Position numbers and translations under genes: made by a program. Below, piece by piece: positions 29,120 to 38,541 of a stretch of DNA of 64,000 bases. The stretch is from the NCBI GenBank assembly GCA_027021705.1, contig JALUTT010000099.1, positions 32,001-96,000 on the forward strand, read 5' to 3'. The notes under the pieces are model-generated. The model saw only the letters and a program-made list of their open reading frames with translations, searched no databases and was not told the DNA's origin. This DNA is from Anaerolineae bacterium (GTDB taxonomy: Bacteria; Chloroflexota; Anaerolineae; S140-20). Each line of letters begins with the position of its first letter. Position 1 is the first letter of the stretch.

Positions 29120-29318
29120 CTGTCAGCGGATTTGAGAACGGATTGAGCGGATAAGAGACAATCGCTCCACAAACGGCTTCTCGAAATCCGTTTGATGAGG
29201 TAGTAGCGGCCTGGTGGCCTAGCGGCCTAGCACTTCATCAAAGGTGATCCCGACTGGTTGGACCACCCCCTATGGGGGCGCTCCTTCCGCTCAATCCGCT
29301 CCCTTAATCCGTTGACAG
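29120..29318. repeat. Full family A element with about 32-bp imperfect terminal inverted repeats (MITE/REPIN-like)
   Basis: CTGTCAGCGGATTTGAGAACGGATTGAGCGGA ... TCCGCTCAATCCGCTCCCTTAATCCGTTGACAG; homologous to 34925-35097. Confidence 0.85.
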
Positions 29319-29377
29319 CAGTCCGTTTTGAAGCGGATAACTGTTAGCGGTTTACCTGGGGTGACCGGATGACAGAT

Positions 29378-29405
29378 TTGACGAGTTCGTAAAGCAAGGT
29401 ATAAT
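29378..29405 (+). promoter_or_regulatory. Sigma70-type promoter of the Phd/protease pair
   Basis: TTGACG-N16-TATAAT. Confidence 0.6.
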
Positions 29406-29469
29406 TTTGGAATGAGGCCGTCCACCCTCTCCAAAGCCTGGGGATGCATCCCCAGAAAGCAGGCACCCG

Positions 29470-29736
29470 ATGTCCAAGACAATCGCCCAACAAGCCCTCT
29501 CCCGCTACCTCGACCAGGTGATAGACGAGGTGGCCGAAGGCCGCGAGACCTACATCATCGAGGTCTCCGGACAACCCAAGGTCGTCATCCTGAGCCTGGA
29601 CGAATACAAGCAACTCCGAGCAAGGGCCTTCGAGGCCCCATCTCCACCCGCCCGTATCATCAGCCCCCGGCTGGCAGACCCATCTCAGGCTAAGGACTTT
29701 GAACTGGAAGTCGTGGAGGAGGACATCTATGCCTAA
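29470..29736 (+). CDS. Phd/YefM-family antitoxin-like protein
   Basis: LSRYLDQVIDEV..GRETYIIE..GQPKVVILSLDEY pattern, 88 aa. Confidence 0.7.
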   Translation: MSKTIAQQALSRYLDQVIDEVAEGRETYIIEVSGQPKVVILSLDEYKQLRARAFEAPSPPARIISPRLADPSQAKDFELEVVEEDIYA

Positions 29737-30121
29737 CTACGACTCCGAGCACTTTGCACCTCCGGCTCCAATAGCCTGGGTCAGCCTGATCAACCCCAAC
29801 ACCGGGCAATCCCTTCAAGCCATCCCTATGCTGATGGACACGGGTGCTGACATCACACTGGTGCCTGCCAAAGCCTTGCGAGACCTGGGTGTGGACACAC
29901 TCCCGGACTTGTACGCTCTAGAGGGCTTCAACGGCACCCGCGTGATGGCTCCGACTGCCTACTTGAGCCTCCGCCTCCTAGGCCGGACCTTCTATGGCCG
30001 TTTTGTGACCATAGACCAAGAGATAGGCATCCTGGGCCGGAATGTCCTGAACCACCTCGCGCTGCTTCTGGATGGGCCTCGGCTATCCTGGCAACTCCTC
30101 CCGGTGTCTCCCACCGAGTGA
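29729..30121 (+). CDS. Retropepsin-like (clan AA) aspartyl protease
   Basis: LMDTGADITLVP and ILGRNVL motifs; ATG 29729 overlaps upstream gene. Confidence 0.8.
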   Translation: MPNYDSEHFAPPAPIAWVSLINPNTGQSLQAIPMLMDTGADITLVPAKALRDLGVDTLPDLYALEGFNGTRVMAPTAYLSLRLLGRTFYGRFVTIDQEIGILGRNVLNHLALLLDGPRLSWQLLPVSPTE

Positions 30122-30174
30122 GCGTTGACCGCCACCCTCCCATAGGCCGCGCAATGCCCAGAGGCTAACGCAGC

Positions 30175-30386
30175 TCATCGAAGCCCCCCACAACGCCCTT
30201 TACCCTCCCGCAGGCCCCCCGATGCCCAAAGACCAACGTGGTCATCGAAGCCCCCCACAACGCACTGCAAGCCCGTGGATAGGACCTGCGGGAGGGCAGG
30301 CCCCCCGATGCCCAAAGACCAACGTGGTCATCGAAGCCCCCCACAACGCACTGCAAGCTCGTGGATAGGACCTGCGGGAGGGCAGG
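30175..30386. repeat. 86-bp direct repeat (about 2.3 copies) built on a family C element (CCCTCCCGCAGG IR, 30203-30296)
   Basis: TCATCGAAGCCCCCCACAACGC at 30175, 30242 and 30328. Confidence 0.85.
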
Positions 30387-30393
30387 TCGTTGT

Positions 30394-31461
30394 TCAGGTC
30401 TTCTCCAGGAAAAAGATGTACTCGTGCTTGAAGACGTAGAACCCCCCCGCCAAGGCCCGGTAGCGCCAGAGGGCCTCCTGGGACCGCTTCCCCCGTGTCC
30501 CCTCGAAGTTCTTGACCACGATGCTCTTCAGCCGAAAGCCCACGGCCAGCGCCTCCTGCATCCCGTAGAAGCCCAACGGAATCCACTCCCCCCGGACATA
30601 CTTGTCCCCTATCACCACGACCATGAACCGCCCCGGCTCCAGAAGGGGATAGACGTGCTCCACCGCCTGCCGCCACCGGGCCAGGAAGGCTTCGACGCTG
30701 GGCGCGGCGCTCAGGTCCCGGGGATCGTCGCTGAAGCGGATGATGTCGTGGTAGGGGGGATGCATCACGACCAACTGAAAGCGCCGGACAGGCAGTCGGT
30801 CCAGGTCGAAGCTCGTCGCATCCCCCACGATGAGGGGGGTCTGCACATCGTAGGGGTTGGGCTCCTGGGCGACGCGGGCCTCCGCCCGGCGGGCCACCTC
30901 CGGGTTGAGCTCAATCCCCACGCCGTGCCGGCCCAGCCGGCGGCACTCGATGAGCGTCGTGCCGCTGCCCACGAAGGGGTCCAACACCCACTCGCCCCGC
31001 CGGGTGAAGCGCCACATCGCCTGACGGGGGATCTGAGGCACGAAGTTGCCCCAGTACCAGGCCAGGTGAGCACCGCTGGAGTCCCGCCGGTCAATGAGCC
31101 AGAGGCTGTCCGTCAGGACCTCCTCGTACTCCTGCCAGCGGTTCAGGTTGATCTCGTTGATGGGCTTGGTGCGCCGCTCGGTCAGCGCCCGGCGCAGCCG
31201 TCGGAGGTAGTAGCCCGCCCGCTCCCGCGTGTAGGCCGCCTCCGCCTGGGCAAGCTGCCGGTCCAGCAGGTCCAGCCGCACCGCCTCGACGTCGGTGTCG
31301 GCCGGCGTCGCCACCACCCCCAGCGGGTCCGCCGGGTCCTGGAGGGCCGCCCGCAGCCCACGCACCCGCTCCCGTAGCTCCGCCAGCGCCTCCACCCCCA
31401 AGAGCTCGTCCAACAGCGCCGCCAGCCGGCTCACGCGCAGGGGAACCCGCTGCCCATCCAC
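30394..31461 (-). CDS. Orphan N4/N6 DNA methyltransferase
   Basis: VLDPFVGSGTT (motif I) followed by MHPPY (motif IV); N-terminal helical extension. Confidence 0.8.
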   Translation of the reverse strand: MDGQRVPLRVSRLAALLDELLGVEALAELRERVRGLRAALQDPADPLGVVATPADTDVEAVRLDLLDRQLAQAEAAYTRERAGYYLRRLRRALTERRTKPINEINLNRWQEYEEVLTDSLWLIDRRDSSGAHLAWYWGNFVPQIPRQAMWRFTRRGEWVLDPFVGSGTTLIECRRLGRHGVGIELNPEVARRAEARVAQEPNPYDVQTPLIVGDATSFDLDRLPVRRFQLVVMHPPYHDIIRFSDDPRDLSAAPSVEAFLARWRQAVEHVYPLLEPGRFMVVVIGDKYVRGEWIPLGFYGMQEALAVGFRLKSIVVKNFEGTRGKRSQEALWRYRALAGGFYVFKHEYIFFLEKT

Positions 31462-31539
31462 GCCCCGCTCCTCGCAACGGCGACCGCCGACGGCAAGCCG
31501 CCGACCACCAACGGCGCAGCACGCAACGTGCAGTGCGCC

Positions 31540-32700
31540 TCACGCCTCCCGTTTCCCATCCAGCAGCTCCCGGAACAACGCTTCGTACCCCTGGGCCGTC
31601 CGCTCGGTGCTGAAGCGGGCCTCGATCTCCTCCCGGGGCCGCACGTACCGCTCCCGCTCCCGCAGGACGCGCAGGATGGCCTCCGCCAGGGAATCGGCGT
31701 CCGCCACAGGCACCACCTCCCCCATCCCCGTCTGGTAGACGGGCTGACGCACGCCGGGCAGGTCCGAGGCTACCGAGGGGGTGCCGCACAGCATCGCCTC
31801 GACTTGGACCAACCCGAAGGACTCGGTGGAGTTGAGGCTGGGCAGGACCAGCACGTCGCTGTTGGCGTAGAAGACGGCCATCTCCTCCGGGTTGAGGACG
31901 CCCAGAAACTCCCAGTGGTCCCGGTACCGCTCGAGGAGAGGGGCCAGCCGGCGGGCGTAAGCCTCCTCGCCTAGGACGTTCCGGTACTGCCCGGCGAAGA
32001 GGACCCGGGCGTTGGGGAACTCCTCCAGGATGCGGGGCAGCGCGTACAGCAGGTACTCCACCCCCTTCTCCGTCGCCAGCCGGGCCGCCATCCCGATGAC
32101 CCGATGGCCGTTGAGGCTGTGGCGCTGGGCGAAGGCGGCGACCGCTTCGGGCCGGGGATGGGGGATCTCCACCGGCGGCGGGATCACCCGCACCTTGTGG
32201 TAGAAGCGAGAGAGGTAGGGGGAGTGGCGGGCGAAGTCCTCGGTGTAGGCGACGATGACATCGGCCAGGCGGCCGGCCAGGTCGTTCATCACATCCACAA
32301 CCCGGTTGACGAAGCGGTTGAAGAGGCCGGGGGGTAGGGAGAGGTCGCAGTGGTAGGTCAGCGTCGTCGGCTTGCCCATCAGCCGGCCGCGCAGGGCGAC
32401 GCCGGCCGCGTCGAACTGGGGCAGGTGCAAGCTAATCACGTCGTGCTGCCGCACCAGCCGGGTGGCCAGCAGCCCGAAGGTGGGCATAATCACCCCCTTG
32501 CTGACGCGGAAGAGGACCGGAGCCCGCACCACCCGCACCCCATCCCGAACCTCCTCGCGGGGCAGCGTGCGGTCGTACTGGGAGGTCAGCACCGTCACCG
32601 TGTGGCCGCGCCGGGCCATCGCCCGGGCCAGCCGCTCCACGTAGATGGTCAGCCCGCTCACGTGGGGCCGGTAATAAGTCAGGACAAAGAGAATACGCAT
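31540..32700 (-). CDS. Glycosyltransferase family 4
   Basis: RLATEKG, ESFGLVQVEAM. Confidence 0.93.
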   Translation of the reverse strand: MRILFVLTYYRPHVSGLTIYVERLARAMARRGHTVTVLTSQYDRTLPREEVRDGVRVVRAPVLFRVSKGVIMPTFGLLATRLVRQHDVISLHLPQFDAAGVALRGRLMGKPTTLTYHCDLSLPPGLFNRFVNRVVDVMNDLAGRLADVIVAYTEDFARHSPYLSRFYHKVRVIPPPVEIPHPRPEAVAAFAQRHSLNGHRVIGMAARLATEKGVEYLLYALPRILEEFPNARVLFAGQYRNVLGEEAYARRLAPLLERYRDHWEFLGVLNPEEMAVFYANSDVLVLPSLNSTESFGLVQVEAMLCGTPSVASDLPGVRQPVYQTGMGEVVPVADADSLAEAILRVLRERERYVRPREEIEARFSTERTAQGYEALFRELLDGKREA

Positions 32701-32712
32701 CCCTCGTTTCCC

Positions 32713-33735
32713 TTATGCGAATAGCGCTTGGTTGTCCACTACCCAACGGTAGAGCCGTTCGACACCCTCCTCGACGCCGATCCGGGGCACCCACCCCAGC
32801 TCTCGGCGGGCCTTGCCGATGTCGGAGACGTAGATCCGCTGATCGCCGGGCCGCCAATCCCCATAGCGGACGGGGATCTCCCGCCCCATCAGCCGCTCCA
32901 GCAGCGGGCCGAACTCCGCCCAGACGGCCATCGTGTGCTCCGGCCCCCCGCCCACATTGTAGACCTGTCCGGCGGCCACCTCGATCCGCTCCACCGCCCG
33001 GTCGTACAGGTCCAGCAGGTCGTCAATGAAGAGCAAGTCCCGCACCTGCTTGCCGTCGCCGTAGATGGTGATGGGGCGGCCCATCACGGCGGCGATGACG
33101 AACCAAGCCACCCACCCTTGGTCCTCCACGCCGAACTGCCGGTATCCGTACACGCACGACTGCCGGAAGACGACGGTCCGCAGGCCGTAGATGCGGGCGT
33201 AGTCGCGGGTGTACTGGTCCCCGGCCCCCTTGGAGCAGCCGTAGGGGGAGTGGAAGTCCAGGGGCATCGTCTCGGGAATCCCCTGGGGGTAGTCCCGGTA
33301 GCGGTAGCGGGTCGCCTCCTCGAGGACGACCACCTCCTCCATCCCGCCGTAGACCTTGTTGGTCGAGGCGTAGAGGACGATGGGGTCCGATCCGGCGTGG
33401 CGGGCCGCCTCCAGGACGTTGAAGGTCCCCAGGGCGTTGACCTCGAAGTCGGTGCGGGGGTCGGCGACCGAGGTCGTGACGGCCACCTGGGCCGCCAGGT
33501 GGTAGATCACGTCCACGCCTCGGCTGACCTCCGCCAGCGTCGGATAGTCCCGCACGTCCCCCTGCACCAGCCGGAAGCTGTCCACGCCGTGGCGCTCCCG
33601 CAGCCAGGCCAGGTTCTTCTCCGTCCCGCGCCGGGAGAGGTTGTCGTAGATGATCACCTCCTCCCCCCGCCCGATGAGCCGGTGGGCCAGGTTGGCTCCG
33701 ATGAAACCCGCACCTCCTGTGATCAGTGCTTTCAT
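32713..33735 (-). CDS. NAD-dependent nucleotide-sugar epimerase (CDP-paratose 2-epimerase-like)
   Basis: TGGAGFIG, STNKVYG, SPYGCSK, VEDQGWVAWF. Confidence 0.9.
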   Translation of the reverse strand: MKALITGGAGFIGANLAHRLIGRGEEVIIYDNLSRRGTEKNLAWLRERHGVDSFRLVQGDVRDYPTLAEVSRGVDVIYHLAAQVAVTTSVADPRTDFEVNALGTFNVLEAARHAGSDPIVLYASTNKVYGGMEEVVVLEEATRYRYRDYPQGIPETMPLDFHSPYGCSKGAGDQYTRDYARIYGLRTVVFRQSCVYGYRQFGVEDQGWVAWFVIAAVMGRPITIYGDGKQVRDLLFIDDLLDLYDRAVERIEVAAGQVYNVGGGPEHTMAVWAEFGPLLERLMGREIPVRYGDWRPGDQRIYVSDIGKARRELGWVPRIGVEEGVERLYRWVVDNQALFA

Positions 33736-33765
33736 CTCCGATGTTCCCTCAGATGGGATGATCCC

Positions 33766-34797
33766 TCACTCTGCCTGGACCTTGGCCTGGAGCCCCCGCC
33801 AGGAGAGGCTACGTCGGGCCAGGACGACCAACCCCCAGAGGCAGAGGGCGACGTACTGAAAGGTGTGGAGCACCAAGGCAAAGCTGACCGCCTGGGCCTT
33901 CGACACCCCAAAGGGCGTGACCAGTGCCTCTCGGGCCAGGACGTGGTAGACCCCCAGGCTGCCGGGCGAGGCGGGGATGGCCAGCCCCAGGTTGGTCAGG
34001 ACGAGGACCAGGCCGCCCGCCGTCAGAGGAGGGTGAGACCAGAAGGCGGTCAGGGTGAAGTAGGGGATGCCCAGGGCCGAGAGCCAGACCATGGCGGACC
34101 AGAAGAAGATGGCCCCCATCCGCCGCTGCCGCAGGACGGCCAGGCCGGCGATTCCTCCCCACAACCACCGGACCCACGCCTCGGGGTCCTGCCACCGCCA
34201 GCGCCGGAGGAGCGGAAGGCGTCCCCCCAGCCACCGCAAGGGTCGAAGCGCCGAAAGGCGGACCATCAGCCGCCGCAACAGCCGCTCCCCCCGCTCCCCC
34301 TGACCGGCCAACCAGACCAGCCCGATCAGCGTTCCCACCGCCGCGCCGCCGGCCACCAGCCCTGCCCGGACCATCCAGACCGGCAGCGCCATCGCCAGCA
34401 GCAGCCCCACCATCATCAGGAAGACCATCAGCAGGTCCAACACCCGCTCGACGACGACGGTGGAGAGGGCCTGGGTCGCCGGAACCGGGGTCCAGAGGCC
34501 GATGAGGAAGGGGCGGACCAGGTCGCCGGCCCGGAAGGGGAGCACATTGCTGAAGAGGTAGCCCACCCCCATCGCGTCGGCGCTGGCCCGAAAGCCGACC
34601 TCGGGTCCCAGCAACCGTTGCCAGCGGATCACGCGGGCCGCCATCGAGAGGGCCAGGGCCAGAAAGGCGGGCACCAGCGCCCGGTAGTCGGCCCCTGCCA
34701 GCGCTGCCCACAACTCCCGCCAGGCTACCCCCCGCATCGCCAGGAGCAGGGCCACCAGGCTGATGCCCATCCCTATCCAGAATCGCCGTTGTCGCAT
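33766..34797 (-). CDS. Lysylphosphatidylglycerol-synthase TM/flippase-like membrane protein
   Basis: RW..LL, NVLPFRAGD, VVVERVLD, PASPGSLG. Confidence 0.85.
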   Translation of the reverse strand: MRQRRFWIGMGISLVALLLAMRGVAWRELWAALAGADYRALVPAFLALALSMAARVIRWQRLLGPEVGFRASADAMGVGYLFSNVLPFRAGDLVRPFLIGLWTPVPATQALSTVVVERVLDLLMVFLMMVGLLLAMALPVWMVRAGLVAGGAAVGTLIGLVWLAGQGERGERLLRRLMVRLSALRPLRWLGGRLPLLRRWRWQDPEAWVRWLWGGIAGLAVLRQRRMGAIFFWSAMVWLSALGIPYFTLTAFWSHPPLTAGGLVLVLTNLGLAIPASPGSLGVYHVLAREALVTPFGVSKAQAVSFALVLHTFQYVALCLWGLVVLARRSLSWRGLQAKVQAE

Positions 34798-34891
34798 CGT
34801 CTTCCACGTTCTCGGTCAGGCCTTGGGATTCGGGAGGTGATTATACCATCGGGTCAGGGGATGGGCAACCGAGCCATCTTGGTGATTCCCC

Positions 34892-35205
34892 TCCGTTGAC
34901 AGCCGTCCGTTTTAGAGCGGATAGCTGTCAGCGGATTTGGGAACGGATTGAGCGGATGGGAGACGCCCACTCCGTGAGCGGTTTATCACAATCCGTTAGA
35001 TGAGATACTGGTACTTCTTCAAGGTGATGCTGACCGGTCGAATCGTTTCCTGCGGGAACGCTTCTCTCCGTTCAATCCGCTCTTAATCCGTTGACAGCAG
35101 TTCGTTTGGGAACGGAAGGCTGTCAGCGGATTTGGGAACGGATTGAGCGGATGGGAGACGCCCACTCCGTGAGCGGTTTATCACAATCCGTTGGATGAGG
35201 TACTA
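34892..35205. repeat. Tandem family A elements (period about 195 bp, about 1.6 copies)
   Basis: CTGTCAGCGGATTTGGGAACGGATTGAGCGGATGGGAGACGCCCACTCC at 34925 and 35120; right IR ends 35097. Confidence 0.9.
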
Positions 35206-36081
35206 GAGCGACTCCAACGACTCCAGGAAGACTCGGATGGCCTGGGCCGTCTCCCGGGGCCGCTCCATCGGCACCAGGTGGCCCGCCTCCGGGATGACGA
35301 CGAAACGGGTCTGGGGGACCAGGCGGGCCATCCTCGCCTGGCTGGCCGCCGGGAAGGTCCTGGAATGGGCTCCCCGCAGGACCAGCGTCGGGGTGCGGAG
35401 GCGGGGCACCGCCCGCCAGACATCGGTGGGTGCGGTGGCGAAGATGTGGGCCTCCCAGGCCGGCGGGTAGACCAGCTCCACCTGACCGTCGGCCCGCTCC
35501 CGCGTCCCGGCCTCGACGTAGGCCCGGAGGCTCTCCTCGGGCCAGGTGGCGAAGATGGACCGTCCCGCGTAGTGCTCGTAACAGGCCTGACGGCTGGGCC
35601 AGACCCGGCGGCGGCGCAGTGCCCCCTGCACCAGGGGCTGCCGGTGGCCCAGCCCCAGCCACCGCATCAGCCGCAGCAGCCACAGCCATCCCGGCGGCAT
35701 CATCACCGGGTCTATGAGGACGATGGCGCGGAAGAGGTCGGGGCGACGGATGGCCGCCCAGAGGGTCAGCACCCCGCCCAGGGAGTGCCCCACCCCGACG
35801 ATGCCCCGCAGCCCCAGTCCGTCCAGGCCGGCGATCAGATCGTCGGCCAGGGGGTGCCAGTCGGGGGCGCTCTCGGGCCGGCTGCCCGGCCAGAGGGGCC
35901 GAGAGGGCAGACCAAGGACGTGGTAGCGGTCGGTGAGGGCCTCGGCCAACGGACGGTAGGTTCCCGGCGGGAAGCCGTTGGCGTGGGCCAGGTGGATGAC
36001 CGGCCCCTCCCCACCGAAGTCGTAGGGTGGGACCGGCGGTTCCGGGAAGGCGCGGGTGTCTTCAGGTTCCATAGCCTTCAT
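35203..36081 (-). CDS. Alpha/beta hydrolase
   Basis: HANGF, GHSLGG nucleophile elbow, GHLVPME; start uncertain (36081 or 36072). Confidence 0.9.
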   Translation of the reverse strand: MKAMEPEDTRAFPEPPVPPYDFGGEGPVIHLAHANGFPPGTYRPLAEALTDRYHVLGLPSRPLWPGSRPESAPDWHPLADDLIAGLDGLGLRGIVGVGHSLGGVLTLWAAIRRPDLFRAIVLIDPVMMPPGWLWLLRLMRWLGLGHRQPLVQGALRRRRVWPSRQACYEHYAGRSIFATWPEESLRAYVEAGTRERADGQVELVYPPAWEAHIFATAPTDVWRAVPRLRTPTLVLRGAHSRTFPAASQARMARLVPQTRFVVIPEAGHLVPMERPRETAQAIRVFLESLESL

Positions 36082-36232
36082 TGTACACGATTCCCGGCCG
36101 ACGGGCCAGGCCCCCAGGAAGACAGATCGCCCCCCCAATCCCCCCACGCCAACGCACCGGTGCCCCAGGCCGTCCCCGGACGGGGGATGGGCTGCACAAC
36201 ACGAGATCGGAGGCGGTGGCGACGGCGGCTGT

Positions 36233-36982
36233 CTACAGCAGGCCGACGGCCAGCTTGCCCGCGATGAGGAGAAGCACCACCCCGAACATCCGCTTGAGGT
36301 GACGGGGCTGCATCCGGGTGTGCATCACCCGGGCACCGGCCTGGGAGCCCACGATGACCGCCAGGGCTGTGATCACCATCAACGGGCCGTCGAAGTGGCC
36401 CACCGCCAGGTGTCCCAGGAGGCCGCCGGCCGAGGAGAAGACGACGGCGAAGGCCGACGTGGCGGCAGCCACTTTGGTGGGATACCCCATCAGCATCAGC
36501 AGGGGGACGATGAGGAACCCCCCGCCGATGCCCAACAGGCCGGCGATGAACCCGATGCCCAGGCCCAGCCCCGCCCCCAGCACAGCCCGCTGTCGGACCG
36601 TGCCCCGCACCGCCTCGGGTTCGGCGCCACCGCTGAGCAGCAACATCCGCCCTCCCGCCAAGAGCACGGCCAGCGTGAAGAGCCCCAGCAACAGGCGGGT
36701 GGGCAGGAACTGGGTGACGTAGCCTCCCAGAGGCGCGGCGAGGGTTGACGTGACAACCAGCGGCAAGGCTATCCCCAGGTCAACCATGCGGCGGCGGTAG
36801 TAGACCCAGGCCGCCGAGGCCGCCGTCAGGCCGTTCAGCAGCAACCCCGTGGGGATCACCACGCTCTTGAAGTCATAGCCAAACCAAACGAGGAGGGGGT
36901 TGTAGACCATCGCTCCCCCCAGGCCCAGCATGGAGAAGAGAAAGGCAAGCCCTGTGATGAGCAAGGCGATGAAGATCAGCAT
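36233..36982 (-). CDS. TauE/SafE sulfite exporter family protein
   Basis: SMLGLGGA and AGLLGIGGG repeats, about 8 TM. Confidence 0.88.
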   Translation of the reverse strand: MLIFIALLITGLAFLFSMLGLGGAMVYNPLLVWFGYDFKSVVIPTGLLLNGLTAASAAWVYYRRRMVDLGIALPLVVTSTLAAPLGGYVTQFLPTRLLLGLFTLAVLLAGGRMLLLSGGAEPEAVRGTVRQRAVLGAGLGLGIGFIAGLLGIGGGFLIVPLLMLMGYPTKVAAATSAFAVVFSSAGGLLGHLAVGHFDGPLMVITALAVIVGSQAGARVMHTRMQPRHLKRMFGVVLLLIAGKLAVGLL

Positions 36983-37075
36983 CTCACCCTCCCACAAGCC
37001 CGGTCGGAAAAGAAAGGTGCAACGCACCTCTCCGGCGCGTTGCACCGGTCCGCTCTGCCCTTGGGTCCTCCCGCA

Positions 37076-37678
37076 TCACGCAGGATAGCCCGCGCAATCG
37101 AGGCACAGCGACCTCCCCTGCACGACCCGCAGGTAAGGTTCGGCGATCAACTCGCCACACTCGGGGCAGACGGCGAAGCGAACCACCTCCTCGGGCTCCT
37201 CCCAGGGGTAGTCCACCACCGGCCCTATGGTCATCACGTCCTCCTCGGGAGCCTCCCAGATCAGGTTGACCAGGTCCCACTGCTCTTCCTCGGGAATCTG
37301 GGTAGGCGGGATGCCGGCAGCCCGCTTCTGCATAAAGGCCGATGCCGCGATCTGCTTCTGGAGGGTGGGCTTGTAGCTGACGCGCACGGCCCGATGGCGG
37401 GCCTTGTCCACCAGGGTCAGGGCCAGTTTCCCCTTGGGACGCTTGGAGATGTTGCCTTTGCCGAAGGTACAGCCGGTGACGTATTGGACGCCATCGCCGA
37501 AACACATTGCGCCGTGATGGTTGCCGATCTCCACAATGGCGTGGAGGGACTTGGCCCCGCTGCGCTCCACGCCCAACGTCCGCATCGCGGCCAGGCCGAT
37601 GCGCACCCCCACGGTGCTGGCCCAGCACTTATGGCCGTGGAACTTCAGGGCCTCTTCCAGAATCTGACGCGAGTCCAT
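37076..37678 (-). CDS. FmdE-family protein with C-terminal zinc finger
   Basis: FHGHKC, CFGDGVQYVTGCTFGKGN, CPECGE...CLDC. Confidence 0.85.
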   Translation of the reverse strand: MDSRQILEEALKFHGHKCWASTVGVRIGLAAMRTLGVERSGAKSLHAIVEIGNHHGAMCFGDGVQYVTGCTFGKGNISKRPKGKLALTLVDKARHRAVRVSYKPTLQKQIAASAFMQKRAAGIPPTQIPEEEQWDLVNLIWEAPEEDVMTIGPVVDYPWEEPEEVVRFAVCPECGELIAEPYLRVVQGRSLCLDCAGYPA

Positions 37679-37731
37679 CGTGACCTCCTTGTACAACGGA
37701 TGAAGTGGCGGGGCGGAACAGACGCCGCTCC

Positions 37732-38268
37732 CTACGTCCGCGCTGGCGCGCTCAGAAGCAGGTCGCGCAGTGCGGCCAGTTGCTCGGCATACCGGGACTC
37801 CAAGAGGGGAGGACAGTCCTCGGGCTTTCGTTGGGCGGCCACCAGCTTCAGTGCGAAGGTGAAGCAGGTCGGCTCACCACACGCCTGACAGTTGGTCTGG
37901 GGCAGGAGCTGAAACACCTCCATCGGCGTGGGGGGACGCCGCGTCTCGTAAGAAGGCGTGATCTCATCCCGGCGCTCCCAAAGGCGGTTGATCCGCTCGA
38001 TCACCCGCTCCAAGGCCGCTTGGGCGCTCTCCCGGTCCTGGACTTCGCTCACCAGGACCTCGTAAGGGTGGACGGCGACCGTGTGCCCGTCCTCCTTCCA
38101 GGTCAGCGCCGGAGCACCGGGGTGGTAGATCGCGCCGCGCACCACGGCGTTGAGGTAGGGCAAAACCTCCCGGATGTCGGTCCGCAGGCGTGCCCGGGCG
38201 CTAAAGCGCTCCGCCCCCGGCTCACACGGCGGCGTGAACAGTTCCAGGTCATACTCCTCGATCAGCAT
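37732..38268 (-). CDS. Putative Fe-S cluster binding protein (CdhE/RnfB-type FeS domain)
   Basis: LLPQTNCQACGEPTCFTFA...CP at the C-terminus. Confidence 0.8.
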   Translation of the reverse strand: MLIEEYDLELFTPPCEPGAERFSARARLRTDIREVLPYLNAVVRGAIYHPGAPALTWKEDGHTVAVHPYEVLVSEVQDRESAQAALERVIERINRLWERRDEITPSYETRRPPTPMEVFQLLPQTNCQACGEPTCFTFALKLVAAQRKPEDCPPLLESRYAEQLAALRDLLLSAPART

Positions 38269-38271
38269 AGG

Positions 38272-38529
38272 TCACCCCTCATCGGCCAGCGCCTCCGACA
38301 ACCAGCGCGTCAGGACCTCCCTGTCGGGGACTTCCCGCTGGCTCACCAGCCGACCGTTGATCACCAGGCCGGGCGTCGCCTCCACAGGGATGTGATGTCG
38401 GATCTGGCGCTCATCGTTCACCTTGACGACGGTGACATCCTCCCGCCCCAGCGCCCGCAGCACCTCGCCCACGAGGAGCTCTAGCTGGAGGCAGTTGTAA
38501 CACCCCGTTCCCAAGATCTCCACCTTCAT
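38272..38529 (-). CDS. Small thioredoxin-like redox-active disulfide protein
   Basis: MKVEILGTGCYNC, TPGLVING. Confidence 0.88.
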   Translation of the reverse strand: MKVEILGTGCYNCLQLELLVGEVLRALGREDVTVVKVNDERQIRHHIPVEATPGLVINGRLVSQREVPDREVLTRWLSEALADEG

Positions 38530-38541
38530 AGCGCACCTCCT

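Noticed and set aside
30175..30386. Mini CRISPR array
   Set aside because: Sequences between the short repeats are themselves duplicated
30394..31461. Complete restriction-modification system
   Set aside because: No adjacent endonuclease or specificity subunit recognisable
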